Source: Gemmatimonadota bacterium
GTDB taxonomy: Bacteria > Latescibacterota > UBA2968 > UBA8231
Length of the DNA stretch: 64,000 nucleotides
Assembly (NCBI GenBank): GCA_038153405.1
Contig: JAYOYH010000009.1
Location: 28,725-92,724, forward strand
Direction: 5' to 3'
Below, piece by piece: positions 48,420-56,600 of this stretch. Position 1 is the stretch's first letter; each line of letters opens with the position of its first letter. The notes under the pieces are model-generated. The model was not told where the DNA came from, did not search any database, and worked only from the letters and a program-made list of their open reading frames with translations. The position numbers and the translations under genes were made by a program.

Positions 48420-49274
48420 TCAGCGCATATGCGGTGGGGGGACCGACCCTTGGTACACGTAGTTGATGGGCGGCTCGACAAAGGTCGCGCGCGTGGTTAG
48501 AACGGGGTGGTCAAAGAATGGTTCGCAGCCTCTTTCAAAGCGCGTGCCGCCGCGGAACCACGGTTTGGCGTGGCCCATGGCAATCATCGTACGCGCTCGG
48601 TCGCTTTCGTTGGGCATACCGCCGTGCCACAGCCGCACGTCGCGGATGACGATATCGCCCTTCTGCGAACACATGCGCTCTGGCGGTCGCCGATGCGCCC
48701 ACTCGTCGAGCTGGGCCTGCTGGGGATATTTATCGTCGAGCGCGGTGCGCGGATCGGCATGCGTGCCCGGGTAGTAGAGGGTGGCACCGTTGTCTTCAGT
48801 CACGCCAACCAGCGGCACGTTAACGACTAGTGCGTAGGCCGGCGTGCTGCGCGATAAGCCGCTCCACAGGTGGGCAACGTCGGCATGTATGCGCTGTGGC
48901 GCGGAGCCAGGAAACGCGGTATTGGCATTATAGCCGATGTTGCCAACGCCGTCGCCTAGGACGGCGTGTGTGACCTGAATGACCAGCTCGTTGAGCAGAA
49001 TATCTCTGAATAAATAGGGGCGAAAGGGCGGTGGGTTGAGGCCTTGGTAGTTCCGTTCGACGCTGTGGCGGCGCTGGAAATAGGCTAGGTCGTCGGCCAT
49101 GCGCGCATCGAGCAGGTCGAGATGCGCATGCGCAACGATATCGGGTAACAGCACGAGGCCATCGTCCGCTAAGGCGCTGACGGCTTGGCGCAGATGGACG
49201 TCCGTCATGCGTCCGGACCGGCGCTCGAAATCGGTGAGGTCGATGCGTATCACGTCGTGCTCCCATGCGCTCAA
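48420..49274 (-). CDS. Phytanoyl-CoA dioxygenase (PhyH)-family Fe(II)/2-oxoglutarate oxygenase
   Basis: HxD motif in QRIHADVAH and distal His in RLWHGGMPN. 284 aa. Confidence 0.8.
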   Translation of the reverse strand: MSAWEHDVIRIDLTDFERRSGRMTDVHLRQAVSALADDGLVLLPDIVAHAHLDLLDARMADDLAYFQRRHSVERNYQGLNPPPFRPYLFRDILLNELVIQVTHAVLGDGVGNIGYNANTAFPGSAPQRIHADVAHLWSGLSRSTPAYALVVNVPLVGVTEDNGATLYYPGTHADPRTALDDKYPQQAQLDEWAHRRPPERMCSQKGDIVIRDVRLWHGGMPNESDRARTMIAMGHAKPWFRGGTRFERGCEPFFDHPVLTTRATFVEPPINYVYQGSVPPPHMR

Positions 49275-49381
49275 TAAGAAGATGTTCTAACTAGCGCGCA
49301 TCGGACTGCACGCGCAAATGGGTGCGGCGTTTCAGGTAGAGCATACCGATCCCATTGGTCGGCGGGAGTGCGCGTCGGTCT

Positions 49382-52300
49382 TCAGCGCAGGAGCGTCATT
49401 TTGCGCATCTGCACCTGGCCGTCGACTTCGAGACGATACAGATACATACCAGAGGAGACCGGAGAGCCGCTGTCGTCGCGCGCGTCCCATTCCAGCACGT
49501 GCCGTCCGGGCACAAAGAGCCGATCGGCCAGCCGCCGCACGCGCTGCCCGGCACTGTTGTAGACGGTCAGTTGTACGGGCTGCGCCACATAGATGTCAAA
49601 GGGAATGGCCGTCGACGGATTAAAGGGATTGGGGAAGTTCTGCAGCAGGCCAACGGCCTGTGGTAGGGCATCACCGCGTGCCGAAAACGCCAGGGTGCCT
49701 ATGTTGCCGGCCTTATCGGTTGCCCGCACGCGCAGTGCGTTGTCTGCGGCCGGCATGTGGGTCGGATCGAGCGCCAGCGTCTCGCCATCCCAGCTGTAAG
49801 CCGAAGGCAATAGGGGAATTTCTTCCAGCAAGACCTCGATCTGAGCTAGGCCACTGCCGGCATCGGCAATGGTGAGGGCGTATTCGTCGCGCGCGACAAT
49901 GCGCGGCGGCGTGCGGTCCTCCATCAGGGCATAGCGCCCCAACTGACTCAATTCCACTTGCAGCGAACCGCCGCTAAGGGTCGAATGCATCCACTGCCAG
50001 CGCCCGTCTGCATAGCGGTAGATCCCCGCTCGCTCGGAAGAGCCATTGGGCAGCGCCGCGCGCAGACGGCTGCCGCGCCCTGCGTAGGGCTGCGGCGAAT
50101 GGGCCGTATAGGCGGGAGATAGGGGAATCAGTTCGGGGCCTGGATGGTCGATGCGGCTCGGTAAGAGAGCGATGACGGCGTCGTCGGCGAACGCTCCCTC
50201 GGCTATCTCAATGCGCATATCTGCGTGCGCAATGATCTTGCCGCGCCCGACGCGCACGGTGCCGACCTCAAAGGCATAGGAAGACCGAAAAAGCTGGCCG
50301 TCGACGATAGACAGGGCTAAGATGGATACGCTGCCCTCCTGGCCCGGCGTCAGCACGTGGCTGCTCTGCCAGATGCCCTCGGGACCTTCGCTCAGTGCCA
50401 AATCGGACCAGCTGCCGTCGTTGAGGCGCAGCTGCGGCGGCGCATCGGCCGCCATGCGGTCGATTAGGAATAGATCGATAAATTCCGGCTGCAGTGCGTT
50501 GGGCAGCGGCACGAGTACAAAATCCTCGCTCTCGGTGCCTGCGCTGCCGTCGGCCGGATAGACCTGAGCGATGACGAGCGCGGTGACTGTGCTGCCGTCG
50601 GGCAGGGTGGCGCGTAGCTCGATGATGTCGCTGCCCTGCCAAGGCGTAGCGCGCGTCAGCACCAGTGCCCCGCGTTCTACATCTAAGTTAACGCTGACAG
50701 GCTGCAGTCCTTGGGCCGTCCACTGCGCGTTGGCAGGGTCTACCTCGCCCGCTATTAATTCGCTCAACTGCAGGCGTATTTCTGTCGTGCCGGCAAAGAG
50801 TCCGACGGTCGTTTGCTCTGTTAGCTCTAGGGCAGATCGGGGAAGAACTACGGCGATGCGCAGCGTCGCTTGCAAGCGCGTGCCGTCGTCGCGCACGCCG
50901 ACCAGCGTAAAGAATTCCTCGCCGTGCCAGTCCTCGCCGGCAAAGACGATGAGCCGATGGGTTTCCGGATCGATGAGCACGCGTGCATGCAGCCCACCGC
51001 TTATGCTCCAGTCAAATTCGTCGGCGTCGGCGTGCGCAACGAATTGATCGAGGTCGATGCTCTGGTCAAATGCGCCGGCATCTAGGTTGAGTTCAGGCAG
51101 CGCGGCCAGTTCCGGCGGCTGGGCCGTTTCGACGGGTGCCTGTGCCACAATGCGCGCGCTCAGGCGCTGCTCGGGCAGGTCGGTTGTGCTGGCGACAAAG
51201 TAGATCGTCCCCTCGCCGTGCCATCCGCTGGCCGCGCGCAGCGTGACGTAGCGACTGAGCGGATCAATGTCAACGACGACGTTTGCATCGCTCTCTACGC
51301 GCCAGCTAATATCGCTGGGCGCCACGTCGCCTACCACATAGCTATCGAGGGGGAAACTGTATACTTGGCCGGCGGCTAGCTCGATGTCGGGCAGGGGAGA
51401 TAGCGCTAAAAAGGGGCCGCTCTGGCCCTCGGCGTTTAATAGGTGCAAGCGAAGCGTTTGCACCGCTTCGTGCCCATCGGGGTCGACGACGCGCACTTCG
51501 ATTTCCACCACAGAGGGAACGGCGCTTTCGCGCGGGTCGATGACCAGCACGTGGCTTTGGGGATCGACGCGCAGGGCGATATCGTCGCGCTGCGGCAGGA
51601 AGAAATCCATTTCGCTGGTCGCATGGTCGAGATCGAATACGAAGAGGTCGAGGTCGAGCGAGGCATCGACGCCGTCTACGGGAACGCGCACGTCGGGCAG
51701 TTCGGCAAAGAGCGGTTCGCCGCTGGCCGGCAGGGAGTAGACATCGACGGAAAAGGCCATTTGTTCGCCGGTGGGATCGGATACGATAAAGCGCAGCGTT
51801 TCGACGCCGACAAAGCCGCTTGGAGCGGAGATGCGCGCCATGCGACCGCTGCTCAGCTGCACGTTTAGCTGTTGCGAACCGGTTACTTCCCACGTCAGCG
51901 TCTCATCGGCGTCATCGGGATCGACGACGAGCTCGTCGAGGCCCAGCACGTAGCTATCGCCGGACGCCAGACTGAGGCGCTGGGGCTGTGCCACCAGCGT
52001 TGGGGCCAGCGAGGGGACGACGGTGACGACGAGGGGGCCGCTGGCCGTGAGGAGGCCCGAATCTTCGACGACCAGCGTAATTTCTTCGCTGCCGGTCCAC
52101 CCCCCGGCGGCCGAGACGATCAGGCGTCCTTCGGCCATTTCGAGTTGTACCTGCTCGTTGCCTACCCAGGAAAGTCGCAGATCCTCGCTGCGATCCTCCA
52201 CATCGGACAGCAGCTCGCTCAGGAGCAGGCTGTCGTCGCTGCGCCCGCGCGTCAGGCGAAGATTGGGCGCAGTCAAGAACTGGGGTGGATCGTTTATCGC

Positions 52301-53425
52301 AGCGACTTCGATATCTATCTGCAGTGAATCGGAAAAATCAAATGGGTCGCGGGCGATCAGCACAGCGCGCGTCTGGCCGTGCCAGTTGGCCTGTGGCGCG
52401 ATATGCGCCACGCGCGCTGCTGGGTCGATTGCAATGGCAATTTCCGGGGGGGCATCGACTGTCCATTCGAGCTGTTCGAAAGGCGTGTCGCTATCGGAGA
52501 CCAGCGCATCTAGGGCCAGCGCGTAGGCCTGGTCTTCGTTCAAGCCAAGTGCGCCAATAGGAGAAAAGGTCGGAGCGGCGTTGACGAATATTTCCAGCGT
52601 GTCGGATGTAGTCTGGCCGGCGGGGTTGCGCGCCGTCAGCACCAGCTGCTCCCACGGTGAGGCGTCGCTCGGAGCTTGCAGCAAGAGCGCGTTGTCCTCC
52701 ACATCGTGCGTGCTGTGCAGGCCCCCTATGGGGGAAATGGACCAGGTTATTTCGCCCAGCTCGTATATCGGGTCAAAGACGTAGTCGTCGAGGTCGAACC
52801 GATACGTGCCACCGCGCGGCAGCACCAGTCGCTCGGGCAAACCGCTGATTGTGATGCCCTGCACCGTGAGGCGCAGCGGGTGGATAAAGCGAAACGAGTG
52901 CTGGTCGCCTTCGGGGCGGAAAAAGCGCGTTTCGCGGGTGCCGCTTTCGTCGATGTGCACCTGCATTTCTGCGGCTGGTGCGAGCGCGCGCAGGCGGAAA
53001 GAGGCGATCGGTCCAGAACCCTGATCGGCGGCGCGCACGACGCTGTAGTCAAGTTGGATGCCCGGTGCGCTGGCCGCTGGATCTTCTTCGTCGAGCAGGT
53101 AGTTGCGGAAGATCTCGCCGTTGGCGAGAAAGGCGCCCGGAGCGAAGGGTTGGAAACCCGTCTGGGCCGCGCGGTCCTCGTCGACGATTTCTAGGTAGTC
53201 CGAGTCAACCGTGAGAAATACGGCGGCGCCGGACAGCGGCTCGTTTTCCGAGTCGATCCACAGCTCCACTTCAATTTCGTCGCCGACCATCACGGAAGTC
53301 GTGCTGGTATTGGCGCCCGCCGGGCGCAGCTCGAGGCGTGCCGCCATCAACGATGTGGGCGGAGTGATAACGACGAAAATGAGGAGAAATGCGAGGGCAA
53401 TCCGTTGTTTCATAAGAAGCTCCAT
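49382..53425 (-). CDS. Giant secreted protein A (1347 aa): cohesin-like N-terminal domain, about eight Ig-like repeat modules, Por/FlgD-type C-terminal domain
   Basis: Signal peptide MKQRIALAFLLIFVVITPPTSLMA. A cohesin-like segment (VMVGDEIEVELWIDSENEPLSGAAVFLTVDSDYLEIV). Repeats of about 97 aa, each carrying a [LI].W.[VI] motif. C-terminus LLQNFPNPFNPSTAIPF...GMYLYRLEVDGQVQMRKMTLLR. Confidence 0.9.
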   Translation of the reverse strand: MELLMKQRIALAFLLIFVVITPPTSLMAARLELRPAGANTSTTSVMVGDEIEVELWIDSENEPLSGAAVFLTVDSDYLEIVDEDRAAQTGFQPFAPGAFLANGEIFRNYLLDEEDPAASAPGIQLDYSVVRAADQGSGPIASFRLRALAPAAEMQVHIDESGTRETRFFRPEGDQHSFRFIHPLRLTVQGITISGLPERLVLPRGGTYRFDLDDYVFDPIYELGEITWSISPIGGLHSTHDVEDNALLLQAPSDASPWEQLVLTARNPAGQTTSDTLEIFVNAAPTFSPIGALGLNEDQAYALALDALVSDSDTPFEQLEWTVDAPPEIAIAIDPAARVAHIAPQANWHGQTRAVLIARDPFDFSDSLQIDIEVAAINDPPQFLTAPNLRLTRGRSDDSLLLSELLSDVEDRSEDLRLSWVGNEQVQLEMAEGRLIVSAAGGWTGSEEITLVVEDSGLLTASGPLVVTVVPSLAPTLVAQPQRLSLASGDSYVLGLDELVVDPDDADETLTWEVTGSQQLNVQLSSGRMARISAPSGFVGVETLRFIVSDPTGEQMAFSVDVYSLPASGEPLFAELPDVRVPVDGVDASLDLDLFVFDLDHATSEMDFFLPQRDDIALRVDPQSHVLVIDPRESAVPSVVEIEVRVVDPDGHEAVQTLRLHLLNAEGQSGPFLALSPLPDIELAAGQVYSFPLDSYVVGDVAPSDISWRVESDANVVVDIDPLSRYVTLRAASGWHGEGTIYFVASTTDLPEQRLSARIVAQAPVETAQPPELAALPELNLDAGAFDQSIDLDQFVAHADADEFDWSISGGLHARVLIDPETHRLIVFAGEDWHGEEFFTLVGVRDDGTRLQATLRIAVVLPRSALELTEQTTVGLFAGTTEIRLQLSELIAGEVDPANAQWTAQGLQPVSVNLDVERGALVLTRATPWQGSDIIELRATLPDGSTVTALVIAQVYPADGSAGTESEDFVLVPLPNALQPEFIDLFLIDRMAADAPPQLRLNDGSWSDLALSEGPEGIWQSSHVLTPGQEGSVSILALSIVDGQLFRSSYAFEVGTVRVGRGKIIAHADMRIEIAEGAFADDAVIALLPSRIDHPGPELIPLSPAYTAHSPQPYAGRGSRLRAALPNGSSERAGIYRYADGRWQWMHSTLSGGSLQVELSQLGRYALMEDRTPPRIVARDEYALTIADAGSGLAQIEVLLEEIPLLPSAYSWDGETLALDPTHMPAADNALRVRATDKAGNIGTLAFSARGDALPQAVGLLQNFPNPFNPSTAIPFDIYVAQPVQLTVYNSAGQRVRRLADRLFVPGRHVLEWDARDDSGSPVSSGMYLYRLEVDGQVQMRKMTLLR

Positions 53426-53692
53426 CCTCCCCGGAGGGAACGTGTAAGGCCTTGGGAGGCAAAAGCTATGCCAGTGCGCTCAGAGGGAGCAGCAGTGGAA
53501 AAAGCAGCAATCTGGTGGAACTTTCTGCCGTATATGGGAAGAATCTTCCATGCTGCACGTAGGTAGAATGCCCCTTTGCATGGGGTGACGGTGGGATCTC
53601 ACCCCTATAAGTAGTATGGCATTGATCTTGCTGAAGAGCAGGCGTTGAAGGGAATCGAACGTTGCCAAGATGGCGGCATTCTAAGGAATGGA

Positions 53693-56600
53693 ATGGTGAA
53701 GTCCTTCTCTGCTCAGAGTACATTGCGCGTGCACCAATCCTATTGGCAGCGGTCGACGCGCTACTCCATCCCGTGGATCACTGCGGGCCTGCTGCTGCTG
53801 CTGTGGTTGGCACCTCGGGTCTACGGTGCGGCGCCGATCTTTGAGAATCGCACGCCGGTGGGCTTTTCCACGGCCGATAGCACGACGCAGCAGGATTTCG
53901 TGCTGGGCGGTGAGATTGTGGTGCGCGCCGATCTCAACCAGGCGGCGACGCCGACCTACCCTGTCATTGGACACTTTCACAACATCGAACGCAGCGTGCA
54001 GGTTGAAGGCAGCGATGTCGACGGTCTGCAGACCGATATCGCCGTAGATGGCGACGGCACGGTGCACATGGCCTGGATTGCGCAGGAGGTCGTCAGTCCG
54101 GTCTCGACGCCGGTCTACTACGTGCGCTACGCGCGCAGCGAAGACAGCGGACGCACTTTCTCGGCGCCGGTCAGCGTGTCGGGTGGTTTGCGATTTGACT
54201 TGTTGACCGTCAATACGGCAGCCAATAGCAGCGGGTTTTCGACGCTCGACCTGGAAGTCGACAGCCGCGGCAATCCGCGCGTTGCCTACGCGATGAATCA
54301 CTCACCCGACGGCCACACCGCCAAGTTTAGCGGCAGCGGCGACGCCGACAACGTCTATTTCAACTACTCGCAAAACGGCGGCGCCTCGTGGCTGCCGTCC
54401 GATCGCGCTATCGTCGTCAACGACACCGTTACGCTCGGCAACCTGCAGGGCCGTGCCAGCGCCTTCCCGCGCCTAGTCGTCGACCAGCGCGACAATATAT
54501 TCATCAGCTACGTGCGCGGTTCGAGCCAGGGTTCGGGCAACGACGACATTATGTTGGCCAAGGTCGATCGTTCGACGACGCCCTTTGATATGGAGCGCGT
54601 CGGCTCGCTTGGTGGGGTGGGCAGCAGCGGCGGGGTCCGCATATCGCCAGAGGCCGGGCGCCACAGCGGGCCGGATCTAGCCGTGGGCACCGGTGACGTG
54701 CTGCACCTGATCTACTTCAACGATACCGGCAACGACATCGAGCATAAGACGCTGCTGGCCGACTCGTGGAATACGGTAGGCGGCACCGGTTGGAACCAGT
54801 CGGTCGACGGCGCCGACGTAGACGACTTTGTCGATGAGGCGACGGTGGCGGCCATTGAGTCGGACGCCAACTTCTTCTTTCCCAGCATCGCCGTTGATAA
54901 GCAGAGTTCTCCCGACAAGGTCTATGCTGTTTATAAGTTTGGCGATGCCACCTTTGAGACGGTAGCATTTAATCGCTATACCTACGACAATGCTATCGGC
55001 GGCAGTGCCGGTTGGAATACGGCCGCGGCGATGCCGGTGTGGAGCACGGCGACTTCACCGGTCTTTGCCGACGGCAACGCAGCGTATAATATCGAGTTGG
55101 AATGGACGCACACCGAACGCGTCGCCGTGTTGGTAGACGACCGCCTGCCCGATCGCGGCGAGGTGCACATCGCATTTAGCGCAGGTTATTCTAGCAGCGG
55201 TGAACACGACATCTACTACGGCTATTACAACGGTGCTTCGTGGATTTTGCCGGAAAAGGTGGCCGACGACGATTCAGATACCGGCGTCGAGGACGGCATC
55301 GCCACCAGCGACGTATATCTCGCCTCGCCTGCCTTGGCCAAGGCGACCGGGCAGTCCAACCTATTTATGGCATTTTCCGGCGGTGCAGGCGAGGGGTTGG
55401 GTATCAACGGCGTCAGCGATGTAAACGGGCACGCCTATTTTAAGGTACTGGGCCGATCCATAACGTCGGAAGACGAGTCGGTGCCCGTGGGGGCCTTTGC
55501 CTACAACCTCAGCTACACGCCGGTCAATCCGCAAAATCACAGCAGCGCAATCGACGACAATCTGGTCTACGTGCACGTGGCCGACAATGTCGACGGCACG
55601 AGATTGGGCGCGACCGGCAGGCGCCAAACGGACGGCTTTCTGGCCGGTGACTGGGAGTCGGTCGGCGTGCGTTCGAGCGATGACGACAAATACTTCGAAG
55701 GTCGTTTTAACGAAGACGCTAGCTCCGGCCAGGAGTGGGGCGACGACGACGATAAAATTGGTCTGCTCGTCAAGTTCAATGTACTGGGCAGCGATTCGCC
55801 GGTTAATGTGCAGGTCATAACTAATAGTACGGCCAGCGCCAGCGGCACGGGGTTGGGCGCGCGCTCTGTGCGCGTGGGGACGGACCCATCGGCTATTGCG
55901 GGAGTGGGCTCGTTTTTTATGCTGGGCGCCGATATCGACATTATCGATTCCAATACTGCCCCCAGGGTGCAGGTGCTGCAGCCCGACGGCGTGGGCGACG
56001 AGGCCAATACATCGTATCCCATTATGTACAACCTCAGCGACACCGACGACCAAATAGTCAGCGGTGGGTTGAAGGCGGCGCTGTATTTTTCTCCCGACTC
56101 TTCGCTGGCCTCAGTGCAAGATATCCGCATTTTCGCAACGCTTATCGCCGATGAAAACGACCAGACGAGCGTATTTTCCAGCGGCACCAACGATCTATCG
56201 GAAGGACTGAGCGAGAGCTATACCTGGGATGATCCGCCCACTGCGTTAAAGGCCAAGCTCTTTGCCAGCATCAATCAGGTCATAAGCGGTAAGTATTACA
56301 TTTACCTTGTCGCCGACGACCAGAAAAATCCTCCGGTCTTCGCGCGCAGTCCCGGTGCGCTGACCATAAAGCACGTGCCGATTATTGTGCACGTCGATCC
56401 AGCTATGGCTGACACGGTCGACACCGGCGTGCGCTCGGGTGCCACGGCCAATCCCTATGATCTCGATTTTACCGTGCGCGATTTCGACCTGCAGGGAGCC
56501 GCGGAAATACAGCTATTCTACTCCTCGGTCAGCGGGCTGCAGTCGGTGTCAGTTATCGGCACGTTTCCCAACCAGAAATTTACCCTCGGCAAGAGCGCGT

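Noticed and set aside
53641-53667. tRNA-like T-loop sequence (reverse complement GTTCGATTCCC) in the giant-gene intergenic region
   Set aside because: The flanking bases do not form a T-stem, and no acceptor, D or anticodon arms can be drawn, so this is a chance match.
53466-53723. Small ORFs (85 aa and 62 aa, minus strand) in the A/B intergenic region
   Set aside because: They have no RBS, span the predicted divergent promoter region and the start of gene B, and have no recognisable motifs.
53800-55450. Assigning sialidase/neuraminidase activity to the BNR/Asp-box region of protein B, and to the equivalent region of protein C
   Set aside because: Only Asp-box motifs are visible. I see no FRIP motif and cannot identify the catalytic Arg triad or Tyr/Glu pair by eye. 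Asp-box propellers also occur in many non-catalytic binding proteins.
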